A DNA stretch of 64,000 bases from Polyangiaceae bacterium (GTDB lineage Bacteria > Myxococcota_A > Polyangia > Polyangiales > Polyangiaceae), in the NCBI GenBank assembly GCA_965222375.1, contig CBDCTZ010000013.1, forward strand, positions 672,001 to 736,000, written 5' to 3'. Shown piece by piece: positions 26,606 to 37,270 of this stretch (its first letter is position 1; each line of letters opens with the position of its first letter). The notes below the pieces were generated by a model. The model was not told where the DNA came from. It saw nothing but the letters and a program-made list of their open reading frames with translations, and did no database searches. Made by a program: the position numbers and the translations under genes.

Positions 26606-28018
26606 TCAAATGTCGTAATACAAAAAGAACTCCACCGGCGTGGGATGCATGCGGGTGAATTGGACTTCGCGCTCGCGCTTGTAGTCCAGCCACATCTCGA
26701 CAGCGTCTCGCGTGAACACGTCGCCCTTGAGCATGAACTCGTGGTCCCGCTCCAGCGCGTCGAGTGCGTCTTCGAGGGAGACCGGCACCTGAGCGACCTC
26801 TTTGAGCTCCTCGGGGGACAAGGAGTAGATGTCCTTGTCCAGAGGATCCCCGGGATCGATCTTGTTTTGAATACCGTCCAGGCCCGCCATCATCATCGCG
26901 GAAAACGCGATGTAGGGGTTGCAGGTCGGATCCGGGAAACGCAGTTCGAGCCGCCGCGCCTTCGGGGAAGGCGAGTAGGTCGAAATGCGAATCGCGGCCG
27001 AGCGGTTCCGGCTCGAATAGGCCAAATTCACCGGCGCCTCGAAGCCCGGGATCAGGCGGCGATAGCTGTTGGTGGTCGGGTTCGTGAGCGCCGTCAGCGC
27101 ACGCGCATGCTTCAAGATCCCACCGATGTACCAGAGCGCCAGGTCCGAGAGCCCGGCATAGCCGTCACCCGCGAAGAGGGGTTTGCCCTCCGCCCAGAGC
27201 GACTGATGGCAGTGCATGCCGTTGCCGTTGTCGCCGTAGATGGGCTTGGGCATGAAGGTCGCACTCTTGTTCCAGCGATGCGCCACATTCTTCACGATGT
27301 GCTTGAACCACATCAACTTGTCGGCGCAGCGCACCAAGCTGTCATACTTCATGTCGATCTCGCCCTGACCGGCCGTGGCGACTTCGTGGTGGCTGACCTC
27401 CACTTCGATGCCCGCCTTCTTCATCTCGAGGCAGATCTCGGTGCGCAGATCCATCTGCGTGTCTTGGGGTGGTAGTGGGAAGTATCCTTCCTTGTGTCGG
27501 ATCTTGTGGCCGAGGTTGGGGCCCTCATCCTTGCCGGTGTTCCAGTCGGCCTCGATGGAGTCGATGTGGTAGTAGGCCTCGTTGATTCCGGCGTCGAAAC
27601 GAACGTCGTCAAAGATGAAGAACTCGGCTTCCGGACCGAAGTACACCGTGTCTGCAATGCCCGTGCTCTTCAGATAGGCCTCGGCCTTTTTGGCGATGTG
27701 GCGGGGGTCCCGAGAGTAGTTTTGCCGGGTGATCGTGTCCTGAATCGTGCACTGCAGGCTCAGGGTGGGATACTTCGTGAAAGGGTCCATCACCGCCGTG
27801 GCGGAGTCCGGCATCAGGAGCATGTCGCTCTGATTGATTGGCTGGAAGCCGCGAATGCTGGAACCGTCAAAGCCGAACCCTTCCTCGAAGCTCTCCACCT
27901 CCAAGCGCTCGAAAGGCACGCTGGTGTGCTGCCACTTTCCGGGCAGGTCGATGAACTTCAAGTCCACCATCACGGCTTTGTTTTTCTTACCCAACTCGAT
28001 TGCGTCTTTCGGATTCAT
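26606..28018 (-). CDS. glnA: Glutamine synthetase type I
   Basis: [41 protein letters not shown], adenylylation-site motif LDKDIY; start MNPKD. Confidence 0.99.
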   Translation of the reverse strand: MNPKDAIELGKKNKAVMVDLKFIDLPGKWQHTSVPFERLEVESFEEGFGFDGSSIRGFQPINQSDMLLMPDSATAVMDPFTKYPTLSLQCTIQDTITRQNYSRDPRHIAKKAEAYLKSTGIADTVYFGPEAEFFIFDDVRFDAGINEAYYHIDSIEADWNTGKDEGPNLGHKIRHKEGYFPLPPQDTQMDLRTEICLEMKKAGIEVEVSHHEVATAGQGEIDMKYDSLVRCADKLMWFKHIVKNVAHRWNKSATFMPKPIYGDNGNGMHCHQSLWAEGKPLFAGDGYAGLSDLALWYIGGILKHARALTALTNPTTNSYRRLIPGFEAPVNLAYSSRNRSAAIRISTYSPSPKARRLELRFPDPTCNPYIAFSAMMMAGLDGIQNKIDPGDPLDKDIYSLSPEELKEVAQVPVSLEDALDALERDHEFMLKGDVFTRDAVEMWLDYKREREVQFTRMHPTPVEFFLYYDI

Positions 28019-28098
28019 CTGGCTGCTACTCCCTTTCACAGCGCTCGCTGGCGCTGCGCTCCAATTTGGCGGTGCGCGCGTGCGCACCCGCGTTTCGT

Positions 28099-28563
<465 letters not shown>

Positions 28564-28579
28564 TTAGAGTGGCTGCGGA

Positions 28580-29152
28580 ATGCACATCCAGCAGCAGCAC
28601 GCGGCAGGCCAAGGCCCGCCTGGCTACCCACCCGGCGGTGGGGGCTACGGACCGCCACCCGGCGGTGGGGGCTACGGACCGCCCCCAGGGCCCGCAGGGC
28701 CACCGGGCTTCGGGCCCCCACCCGGCCCCGGGGGCCACGGCTCTGCCTTCAACCAGCCGCCCGGTTTCGCGTCTCCTCCGGCAGGAGGGCCCGGCGGCAA
28801 GAAGACGGATCAGCTGGCAATTGCCGGCCTCGTGTGCAGCATTCTCGGCCTCGTTGGCGCGATCCTGAACGGCATCAGCGGGCTATTCGGCGCCTGCTGT
28901 GTGTTGTGCACGGTTGGGGCGACGGTCCTCGGGATTATCGTGCTCATCCCTAGCGGGGCGGGCGTAGTCATGGGAGCCATGAGCATCTCCCGCATCAACA
29001 AGCGGCCTGACGAACTGGAAGGCAAAGGCCTTGCAGTGGCGGCGTTGGTGATCGGCGCAATCGCGGTGATCGCTGCTCTGGCCGAGATCATCTTGCCGTG
29101 GCTCGGTATCGCTTGTTTTGCTGCTTCTGGCGCAGCGGGTGGCGGCCCCTGA
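28580..29152 (+). CDS. Pro/Gly-rich membrane protein, DUF4190-like
   Basis: GYGPPPGGG repeats, LAIAGLVCSILG, GKGLAVAALVIG. Confidence 0.75.
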   Translation: MHIQQQHAAGQGPPGYPPGGGGYGPPPGGGGYGPPPGPAGPPGFGPPPGPGGHGSAFNQPPGFASPPAGGPGGKKTDQLAIAGLVCSILGLVGAILNGISGLFGACCVLCTVGATVLGIIVLIPSGAGVVMGAMSISRINKRPDELEGKGLAVAALVIGAIAVIAALAEIILPWLGIACFAASGAAGGGP

Positions 29153-29559
29153 TGTACGGCTTCTTCCGGCGTCGCGATCGCGCGGAAGTCCTAGGCATCG
29201 CGTTCACTGCCGCGTTCATCTTTGTCCTTTCCGCGCCGCCTCTCGCCGTGTCGGCATGGGTGAGCCCCGAGGACATCGAGACGGGTCGCGTCGCTCTCTC
29301 GGGGCCCTGCCCCTACAAAGCGGCCCACGGCGTGCCCTGCACGAGTTGCGGCTTGACCCGTGGCTTCGCTGCCATGAGTCGCGGCCGACTTGGAGACGCC
29401 GTCGGCTTCAATGCCCTGACGCCCTGGCTTTATTTCGCCTTCGCACTGGGGGCGGTCGCCAGCGGTGCGGTGCTGGTGCAATGTGCGCGGCGTTTCGCGC
29501 AACTGAGGCGAAAGCGCGACCAGGACGATCCGCGAACAAACCTCGCCACTCAAAGCTAG
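29152..29559 (+). CDS. DUF2752-family membrane protein
   Basis: CPYKAAHGVPCTSCGLTRGF motif; TGATG overlap with the upstream gene. Confidence 0.8.
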   Translation: MYGFFRRRDRAEVLGIAFTAAFIFVLSAPPLAVSAWVSPEDIETGRVALSGPCPYKAAHGVPCTSCGLTRGFAAMSRGRLGDAVGFNALTPWLYFAFALGAVASGAVLVQCARRFAQLRRKRDQDDPRTNLATQS

Positions 29560-29595
29560 GTCCCGGTCGGTGCTCCCAACAGCCGGCGCTCTCCG

Positions 29596-30579
29596 ATGAA
29601 GCCTCTCGCGTTTGCGCAAACTCCAACACCGGTTCGACGCCTCGATGCACTCAGCGATGGCCCGCTCGAGCTTTGGCTCAAGGACGACGGCCTGTCGCAT
29701 CCCGTGTACGGCGGGAACAAGGTGCGAAAGTTGGAGTACGTGCTGCCGGACGCCCTGCAGCGCGGCGCCAAACGCGTGGTGACCAGCGGCGCGGTGGGTA
29801 GCCACCAGGTTCTCGCGACGGCGCTGTTCGCCGGTGAACAAGGCTTGCCGGTGGTCGCGGTGGTCTGCCCGCAACGGCGAACGGAACACGCGGAGCACAT
29901 GCTGCGAGCCACGTTGGCTTCTGGCGCCGAACTCGTACCGGTGCGCTCCAAGCCCGCTGTCGGCATCCGTACCCTCGCGCTGCTGCGTCGCGGCGACTAC
30001 TTGCTACCCCCAGGTGCATCCAATGTCGTTGGCACGATGGGCTACGTCGCGGCGGCGCGTGAGTTGGTAACGCAAATCCGCAGTGGTGACGCACCAGATC
30101 CCGATGTGATCGTCGTGCCCTTGGGCTCTGGGGGCACTGCCGCCGGCCTGTTGGCGGGAGTGGTGCGAGAAGGCCTTCGTGCGCGCATCGTAGCGGTGAG
30201 CGTCGCACCCCCTGCCCGCGTGGGTCGAGCTATCGTGTTGTCTTTGGCCTACGCGGCCCTGCGCCGGGATGGCGGCGACGCGAGTCTGAGCTCGCTCTCT
30301 CGCCGGCTCGAGATCGATGGCGGCTACGTGGGCGGCGGCTACGGGGAACCCACGGCGGCGGGCCGAAACGCCATGCAGCACGCCGCGAATCTGGGGCTCG
30401 CGCTCGAGCTGACCTATACGGCCAAGGCTTTCGCCCGGGTGCTCGCCCAACGCGCCACCCAGCAGAAACCTGAGAAATGGCTCTACTGGCACACGCTGAG
30501 CAGCGCCCCTCTGGCGCCACTCTTCGGCCCCGGAGACACCGAGACCCCGGATGCTTTGGCTGCGTTATTGCGCACTTGA
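29596..30579 (+). CDS. PLP-dependent D-cysteine desulfhydrase / ACC deaminase family enzyme
   Basis: PTP, KDD....YGGNKVRKLEY, GSGGTAAGL, LELTYTAKA. Confidence 0.9.
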   Translation: MKPLAFAQTPTPVRRLDALSDGPLELWLKDDGLSHPVYGGNKVRKLEYVLPDALQRGAKRVVTSGAVGSHQVLATALFAGEQGLPVVAVVCPQRRTEHAEHMLRATLASGAELVPVRSKPAVGIRTLALLRRGDYLLPPGASNVVGTMGYVAAARELVTQIRSGDAPDPDVIVVPLGSGGTAAGLLAGVVREGLRARIVAVSVAPPARVGRAIVLSLAYAALRRDGGDASLSSLSRRLEIDGGYVGGGYGEPTAAGRNAMQHAANLGLALELTYTAKAFARVLAQRATQQKPEKWLYWHTLSSAPLAPLFGPGDTETPDALAALLRT

Positions 30580-30744
30580 CGACCACCACGCCTAGGGTCG
30601 GTTACGTAAATGGCTGATAATCCATGGCTTTAGGTGATTTCTTGAGCCGCGCCGGGGAGACATGCTGGCATACTGGTGCCCACGGTCGGGTTTCTCCTAG
30701 GCTTCGGACGGCGACCCCGGTCGCCCCTCGTTTTACGGCCCTAG

Positions 30745-33288
30745 ATGGCGGCTCCCCAGAATCGGTCTCAAGTCCCCACGGGCAGCGTGCTTGGGGAAAA
30801 GTTTCGCATCACGGAAGAGATTGGCCGTGGCGGGATGGCTGCGGTCTACGAAGCCGAAAACATCCACATCGGCAAACGCGTTGCAGTCAAGATCTTGAAC
30901 GCGGAACTGACGACCTCGCGCATCGTACGCGAGCGCTTTTTGCGCGAAGCGCGCGCCGCCGCCGCAATTCGTAGCCCGTTCATCTGCGACGTCTACGACT
31001 CGGGCATGTACGACGGGCGCCCATTCCTCGTCATGGAGCTGCTCGAAGGCGAGAGCCTCTACGACATGATGACCCGCGTGCGACGCCTGGACGCGCAGCT
31101 CACGCTCCGCATCGCCACCCACTCCTGCCGGGGCTTGGGCAAAGCCCATGAAGCGAACGTCATCCACCGAGACCTCAAGCCCGAAAATATCTTCCTGACC
31201 AAGTCCGAGGACGGCGAACTCGTCGCCAAGATCTTGGATTTCGGTCTGGCGAAGTTCTACGAGACCACCGAGCCCGACGAGAAAAACATCCGTTTGACGC
31301 GGGAAGGCGCTCTTTTCGGTACACCCGCCTATATGAGCCCGGAGCAAGCCAAGGGCCGCGGCGATGTCGACCATCGCGCTGACCTGTGGGCCCTGGGCTG
31401 CATCGTGTACGAGTGCTTGACCGCGCAAACGGTGTGGAACGTGGACCAAGGCGTGGCCATGATTCTTGCCCAAATCGCAGGCGCGCCGATCCCCAAACCC
31501 TCCAAACTGCGGCCCGACCTGCCGCCAGCGTTTGACGACTGGTTCCTGCGCGCTCTCGACCGGGACCCGTCCAAGCGCTTTCAGACAGCCCGAGAGTTTT
31601 CTGACGCTCTGACCGCGGCTCTGTCGCCCGATAGCGCTCCGGCGCGAGGGTCAGCCCCAAGCGATCAGGAAGGCGCGCTAGTTGACGAGCTGGTGAGTCA
31701 GAGCCACGCCATGTTGCCCGGCTCGCCGGACCCCGAGGGGCTGGACTTGCGTCCCGAAGAAATCGTGACGCTGCGCCCCAGCCCAAAGAAGAGCCGCTGG
31801 AAGCCCTTCGCCGCTTTGGGGGGCTTGGCCGCGTTGGGCTTCGGTGGTTACGCCTACTACTTCTACGTGCTGCACCCCAAGCAGGCGACCACGACACCCG
31901 CGCCTACTGCGTCAACGGCCGCAGCCGACGGCGGCGCCCCCGACGTCAAAGTGGTCGAAAAGCTCGCGCCCATCGAGCGGGAGCCTCACGCGCTTCAGAT
32001 CGGCAAGGCCCAGGGGTTGCTTGCGGAAGGCAAGGGCGAAGAAGCCCTCGCCATGTTCCGCGAGGCGTTCAACAACGGGGGTGCAGGTGTCTCGCGCTCG
32101 CTCTTGAACCACGCCTCCGTCGCTCTACCCAAGAGCGACGGTCCCTGCACCGTGACCGGGCTATCGCGTCCACGCCCCTTCGACGTCGTCGTGATGACCT
32201 CGCGCCCGACCTTGGCGTTGAACGCCCTCGGCCCCATCGCCGTGTGGGTCGACAACAGTCAAGACAAGGCCAAGCGTCAGGCTTTTTCGGCTGTCTTGGA
32301 CCAACCGCTGCGACGTGTCAGCCCGTTGCGCTCGGTGACGCCTGAAGCGGACTCGGTGCGCCACCCGCAACTCCTGGCAGCTGGCGACAAGCTCGCGCTA
32401 ATCTACTGGGACGGCGCGGGCAAAGAGCCTGGTGTGTACGTGCGCATGCTCGAAGGTGATGGCCGCATCGCGAGCCGCGCACGACGCCTCTCGGGCGTGC
32501 ACCGCCACGAGTTCTACCCGGCTTTGGCGCGTGCGAAGGACGGCACGTTTTGGGCAGTGTGGGAGGAGAAGCTCGACAAAGGGGCAGACCTCGTCGCGCG
32601 GCACCTCAACGCCGCGGGAGAGCCCTTGGGCGGGGCGGTGCGCTTGACGGCGCTGGCTCCGGGCAAGCTGGGCGCCAGCGAGGCGAGCAAACCCGACATC
32701 GCCTTGGACGGCACCCACATGAACATCGTGTTCAGCTTGGAACGCTCCAAGAAGAAAAAGCGGATCATGCTGCTGCGGATCGCGACGGACGATCCCGCTC
32801 TGAAATCCGGCGTCAGCACCAAGCCAGATCCGAAGAAGAGGCGGCGAAGGAAGGAAGACCGCATCATAGGGAAAATGACGCCCGTGAGTGCGAGCCACGG
32901 CAAGAACGCACAGCCCCGCATCAGTTGTGGCAAGGAGGGCTGTTTCGTCGTTTGGGACGACGAGGCCGCGGGTGCTCTGGCAGCGTTCATCAACCCGGCC
33001 AAGGGCGATGTGCTCTGGCACAAGGAGTTTTCCCGCAAGGGTGCCCGACCCGCGGTCGCCAGCGGAGACTCGGGCACTGCGGTTGCCTGGTACAAGAAGT
33101 CCCGAGTCAAGCTGGCTCGAATCAACCGTGACGGACTCTCCAACCCGACGACCATTGCCCGCGTCGGGGGCTACCAACCGTACCCGGCCATCGTGGCGGG
33201 TGACAAACCTGGGGACTGGTACGTATCCTGGCGCGACTACGAAGCGGGCCATCTGGAAGCCTTCATCGTTCGGGCGAGATGCGAATGA
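30745..33288 (+). CDS. Membrane-anchored Ser/Thr protein kinase with large extracytoplasmic domain
   Basis: IGRGGMA, VAVK, HRDLKPEN, DFG, GTPAYMSPE; TM segment ALGGLAALGFGGYAYYFYVL. Confidence 0.95.
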   Translation: MAAPQNRSQVPTGSVLGEKFRITEEIGRGGMAAVYEAENIHIGKRVAVKILNAELTTSRIVRERFLREARAAAAIRSPFICDVYDSGMYDGRPFLVMELLEGESLYDMMTRVRRLDAQLTLRIATHSCRGLGKAHEANVIHRDLKPENIFLTKSEDGELVAKILDFGLAKFYETTEPDEKNIRLTREGALFGTPAYMSPEQAKGRGDVDHRADLWALGCIVYECLTAQTVWNVDQGVAMILAQIAGAPIPKPSKLRPDLPPAFDDWFLRALDRDPSKRFQTAREFSDALTAALSPDSAPARGSAPSDQEGALVDELVSQSHAMLPGSPDPEGLDLRPEEIVTLRPSPKKSRWKPFAALGGLAALGFGGYAYYFYVLHPKQATTTPAPTASTAAADGGAPDVKVVEKLAPIEREPHALQIGKAQGLLAEGKGEEALAMFREAFNNGGAGVSRSLLNHASVALPKSDGPCTVTGLSRPRPFDVVVMTSRPTLALNALGPIAVWVDNSQDKAKRQAFSAVLDQPLRRVSPLRSVTPEADSVRHPQLLAAGDKLALIYWDGAGKEPGVYVRMLEGDGRIASRARRLSGVHRHEFYPALARAKDGTFWAVWEEKLDKGADLVARHLNAAGEPLGGAVRLTALAPGKLGASEASKPDIALDGTHMNIVFSLERSKKKKRIMLLRIATDDPALKSGVSTKPDPKKRRRRKEDRIIGKMTPVSASHGKNAQPRISCGKEGCFVVWDDEAAGALAAFINPAKGDVLWHKEFSRKGARPAVASGDSGTAVAWYKKSRVKLARINRDGLSNPTTIARVGGYQPYPAIVAGDKPGDWYVSWRDYEAGHLEAFIVRARCE

Positions 33289-33914
33289 GTCGGTCAGAAC
33301 CAGCGCCCGCCCAGGGCGCGGCGGAAAGCATGCCTGCGCCGCAGATGCTGAGCATTCCTTCGCGAGCGGAGCTGCGTCGTGCCCCGTTAGAAACCCACCG
33401 CCTGGTACTCCTACCGATAGAACCCGTGGACGGCCCGGAACTGTGGGAGGCCGTCGACGGTTCGCGTTGGCACCTGGAGCGTTGGCTGCCCTGGGTACCG
33501 TTCAGCAACACGCCCGAGGCGAGCCTGCGCTATGCCGAAGCATGTGTTGCGGACTGGGACACAGGACGCGCAGTGCGTTTGGCCATCCGAGATCGCCAGA
33601 CCCGGCAGCTCCACGGCGTGGTTGGCCTGGACTCCTGCATTCATCTGCATCGTTCCTGCGAACTGGGCTACTGGCTACGCCGGGAGGCCACGGGTCGCGG
33701 TTTGATGACGGAGGCAGCTCGCGCGTGCATGGAGTTCGCATTTCGGCGCATGGGTATTCACCGGATGCGCTGCGCGGCGGCAACTGACAACCATGCAAGC
33801 CTGCGAGTGATTGCGCGACTTGATTTTCGCTTCGAGGGAATTGCACGCCAGGCCGAATATGTCGGCAGCCGCTGGCTCGACCACGCCGTGTTTTCGCGGC
33901 TGGCCTCGGATTGA
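33285..33914 (+). CDS. RimJ/RimL-type GNAT acetyltransferase
   Basis: WLPW, ELGYWL....GRGLMTEA, NHASLRV...FRFEG; ATGA overlap with the kinase stop. Confidence 0.9.
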   Translation: MSRSEPAPAQGAAESMPAPQMLSIPSRAELRRAPLETHRLVLLPIEPVDGPELWEAVDGSRWHLERWLPWVPFSNTPEASLRYAEACVADWDTGRAVRLAIRDRQTRQLHGVVGLDSCIHLHRSCELGYWLRREATGRGLMTEAARACMEFAFRRMGIHRMRCAAATDNHASLRVIARLDFRFEGIARQAEYVGSRWLDHAVFSRLASD

Positions 33915-33927
33915 AAGGCGGGCAGCC

Positions 33928-35373
33928 GTGGCCCCGGCCGCCCACCGCGAGCGTGCATCGAGCTTCGTCACGCCTGCGCCACTCATCGTGGTCAGCGTCG
34001 CGATCTTCGCAGCGCTCGCAGTCACTGGGATGGGGCTGCTGGAGCTTCAGAGTGCCAGCGACACGCAGCTAGCGCTGCGAGCTCAGGCGCTGAGCCAGAG
34101 CCTCGCTCCGCGATTGGCTGCGGCCACCACGAATCGCGCCGATATCGTGGCCCGCAGCGCGGCGCGCAGCAACAGTCGCCTGTGGCTGCTGAGCTCTGAC
34201 CGGCAAGTGCTTTCGGGCAAGGAACCCCTCAGTGACGCTCAGGTCGCTCGCATGCTGCGAGAGGCCCAAGGAGAGATTGATCTCGGCGGCACCACTCACT
34301 TTTTTGGAAGTGCCCCCGTGGGCCGCCACGACACGGTCGTCGCCGCAGTGGCGGCAGCGCGACCGCCACCTGCGTCGCAGTCGCTAGTCGGGAGCGTCGC
34401 CGCCCTCGCCGCGCTACTCGTGGGCATGGCGGGGCTGGTTGCCCTTGCGGTGGTGCGAGACGTACGCGCAGACGTGGGCTACTTGCAGCGGCGCGTGAGC
34501 GACATGTCCCGGGCGGGGAGTGGCCCCACGGGGGAACTCATTTCCGTACGCTCCGTGGATCAGGTCGGGTTGCTCACGAGCGCATTCAACGCACTCGTCG
34601 AGCGCTTCTCCGCGGCAGGCCGCGCCTATCGCCAGGACCTGGAACTCGCCGTCACCGCCGATCGACAACGCGCTACCTTCTTGGCGGCCCTGAGTCACGA
34701 GCTGCGCACGCCCCTAAACGCCATTCTCGGCTTCACGGACGTCCTTCTGGCAGAAGTCGACGGCCCACTCTCCGCAGACGCCCAAGAGAACCTGTTGGTC
34801 GTGCGCAATAGCGGGCATCACCTTCGAGCGTTGATCGACGACATCTTGGATCTTTCCGCGCTGGAGTCCGGTGAGTTAGAGCTCGCGCCCAAGGAGATCG
34901 ATCTCTTTCCGATCGCCGAGGAAGTGGTCAAAGAGCTCGGCGTCACCGCCCAGGCCAAAGGCGTCGCCTTGATCTTGGAGGGTGAACCGACGACCGCCTG
35001 GGCGGATCCGAAACGCGTCCGCCAGATCCTGACCAATGTGCTGAGCAATGCCGTCAAGTTCACCAACGAAGGAACCGTGACCTTGGATATCTTCGGCGAA
35101 CCCAGCTGGGCGCGCCTGTGTGTTACCGACACGGGGCCGGGCATCGCGTCTGAGCACCAGAGCGCGATTTTCGACGAATACAAGCAAGTAGGTGATAGCC
35201 GCGCCCGGGGCTTCGGAACAGGACTCGGCCTAGCGATCACCCGCCGCCTGGTTCAGATGCACAGCGGCAGCATCGAAGTCGAAAGCTCCGTCGGAGTCGG
35301 CAGCTCCTTCACTATCTTCTTGCCTCGTGCGCCTCAGGCCGAAACAACCACAGCCGAGGAGGATATGTGGTGA
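33928..35373 (+). CDS. Membrane sensor histidine kinase (intact)
   Basis: Two TM helices, HAMP-like linker, SHELRTPLN, NVLSNAVKFT, DTGPGI, GTGLGL; GTG start inferred. Confidence 0.93.
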   Translation: MAPAAHRERASSFVTPAPLIVVSVAIFAALAVTGMGLLELQSASDTQLALRAQALSQSLAPRLAAATTNRADIVARSAARSNSRLWLLSSDRQVLSGKEPLSDAQVARMLREAQGEIDLGGTTHFFGSAPVGRHDTVVAAVAAARPPPASQSLVGSVAALAALLVGMAGLVALAVVRDVRADVGYLQRRVSDMSRAGSGPTGELISVRSVDQVGLLTSAFNALVERFSAAGRAYRQDLELAVTADRQRATFLAALSHELRTPLNAILGFTDVLLAEVDGPLSADAQENLLVVRNSGHHLRALIDDILDLSALESGELELAPKEIDLFPIAEEVVKELGVTAQAKGVALILEGEPTTAWADPKRVRQILTNVLSNAVKFTNEGTVTLDIFGEPSWARLCVTDTGPGIASEHQSAIFDEYKQVGDSRARGFGTGLGLAITRRLVQMHSGSIEVESSVGVGSSFTIFLPRAPQAETTTAEEDMW

Positions 35374-37247
35374 AGACTCCTCTGCGGCGCATGACAACAC
35401 TTGTCGTCGGCTGGCAGGCGCTGTTCGCTCTGGGCACAGCCATGGCGATGGCGCTGGTGCCTCGTCTCATGCTGCTCGAGGGCGCTCCCGCGTCCCAGGC
35501 CGCCCGCGGACTGCTTTCGGCAATCGCCTTGGGGAGCTTGGTCAGCATCGCGCACACGGTGTGGCTGCTCAGCCGACACCGAGCACTGCTCGACGCGTTG
35601 GCGGCGGAAGACACTCCCTCGCCTCGTGACCAAGTTCGCGCGCTGTCTGAAGACGTTTTTCGAATCACTTTCGGGTTCTTGATGCCACCCCTACTGTTGC
35701 TTACGGGGTTCTGCACGATTCTGAAGCCACCTCTGCTGGATCCACGCACCGCCTGGAGCGTCGGACTGCTCGGAATCGTGTTCGTAGCCGCTACGTCGCT
35801 GCCGCTTCACGTGGTGCTCAGGGGTGTGTTCTTTAGGGCCGTCGAATTGGCGGATCCAGACGCCCTGAGTCGCGATGTTGCGGCTCTCGAGCGTAGCGGG
35901 CTACCGCGCCGGCACACTCAGAGCCGCCTACTTCTGGCGGTAGCTCTGCCAGTCGCTTTCGTAACCGTGGGCGCAGCACTGATCGTCAATTCCCACGTGC
36001 ACCGCGCAGAGGAACGCGTGCGGCAGCAGACCGCGAGAGCGTTGGCTCAAGTCGCTTTCGATTTACCCACAGAAGCGCCTGGGACCGACCAAGCAATCGA
36101 GCGCGCGCATTCTCTCGGCTTCAACGTGCGCGTGTTCGAAACGTCACGACCCGATCGCACCATCAAGAACGAACACGGCATCGTGGCTGTTTCCTTGCCT
36201 CTGGAGAACGGCGGCGCACGCGTTCACTTCGAGGGTTCGAATGTGGAAGTGTTGTCTTGGCCCTCGGTTGCTCTAGTGGTACTGGCATTGCTCATGGCGA
36301 CGGTGCTGGGCGGACTGTTTTCCCGCGCGGTCAGCCGCGATCTGGCAGTCGCGACCCGCGGTATCCGCCTGCTCGGCACAGAAGCCATCATGAGCGGCGG
36401 CACGCGCGTCATGCGCCCGGCCCGGTTCCGAGAGATCCGTAGCTTGGGCCTCGCAATCGACAAGGTGGCCGATCGCTTCCGCGTATTCGCGCGGGCCCAA
36501 GAGCGAGCCATTGCTGCGCGAGAACGCGCCGCACGTATGCGCGGCATGTTTTTCGCGAGTGTCAGTCACGACTTGAAAAGCCCCCTCAATGCCATCTTGG
36601 GGTTCACGGAAATCGTGCGCCAAACCGAACCTTTGACCGAAGAGCAACTCGAAAGCGTCGAGGTCCTGAACAGCTCCGGACGCGAACTACTCGCGTTGAT
36701 CGAAACGATCCTCGACGCCGCGAGGGTCGAAGCAAACCAGCTGGAGCTGCAACGCGAACGGCTCAAGATGTCCGAACTGATTTCCGACAGCGTGACCAAG
36801 GGTGATGACCTGGGTGGCGGCCGAGCCGTTGAGGTCGTAACCCAGGTTCGGGAAGACTTGCCCGACGTGTACGTGGACCCGACTCGCATGTCCCGCGCAC
36901 TCGCTACATTGATTGGACACGCGGTGCGCAGCGCGGAGCGCGACTACGCCCGCATGCGGGTGTTGCCAAGTCGCACTGGAGGCGTCCGCATCGACCTCGA
37001 AGTCCCGAGCACGCGGGTGCGGTCGAAAGAGCTGGCCTCTCTGCTCGACTCCAAGCGCGCACCCGGCCGAAGTGAGCACCGCGGCCTGGCCCTGGGCCTT
37101 GGCTTGGCCCGGGCTATCGTCGATCTGCACGGCGGCAGCATCGTTGTTGGCGATCGAGGTGAAAAAGGAAGCGTGCTTACGGTACGTCTGCCACCGGCCG
37201 ACGAGCACGAGCCGTCGGCCGCAGCCGAGCCAAAGGAAGACAACTAA
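35367..37247 (+). CDS. Polytopic histidine kinase-like protein with degenerate ATP-binding domain
   Basis: H-box SHDLKSPLNAI intact; N-box reads TLIGHAVRS; no DxGxG. Confidence 0.85.
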   Translation: MVKTPLRRMTTLVVGWQALFALGTAMAMALVPRLMLLEGAPASQAARGLLSAIALGSLVSIAHTVWLLSRHRALLDALAAEDTPSPRDQVRALSEDVFRITFGFLMPPLLLLTGFCTILKPPLLDPRTAWSVGLLGIVFVAATSLPLHVVLRGVFFRAVELADPDALSRDVAALERSGLPRRHTQSRLLLAVALPVAFVTVGAALIVNSHVHRAEERVRQQTARALAQVAFDLPTEAPGTDQAIERAHSLGFNVRVFETSRPDRTIKNEHGIVAVSLPLENGGARVHFEGSNVEVLSWPSVALVVLALLMATVLGGLFSRAVSRDLAVATRGIRLLGTEAIMSGGTRVMRPARFREIRSLGLAIDKVADRFRVFARAQERAIAARERAARMRGMFFASVSHDLKSPLNAILGFTEIVRQTEPLTEEQLESVEVLNSSGRELLALIETILDAARVEANQLELQRERLKMSELISDSVTKGDDLGGGRAVEVVTQVREDLPDVYVDPTRMSRALATLIGHAVRSAERDYARMRVLPSRTGGVRIDLEVPSTRVRSKELASLLDSKRAPGRSEHRGLALGLGLARAIVDLHGGSIVVGDRGEKGSVLTVRLPPADEHEPSAAAEPKEDN

Positions 37248-37270
37248 CCCTCGGGAACTGCACGCGTGAT

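Noticed and set aside
25973..27475. Long antisense ORFs, e.g. 500 aa opposite glnA, also 19040-20098 and 57982-59061
   Set aside because: Shadow frames of high-GC coding genes, with no motifs of their own
30665..30680. Sigma54 promoter TGGCATACTGGTGC upstream of the kinase gene
   Set aside because: GG to GC spacing is 9 nt rather than the required 10
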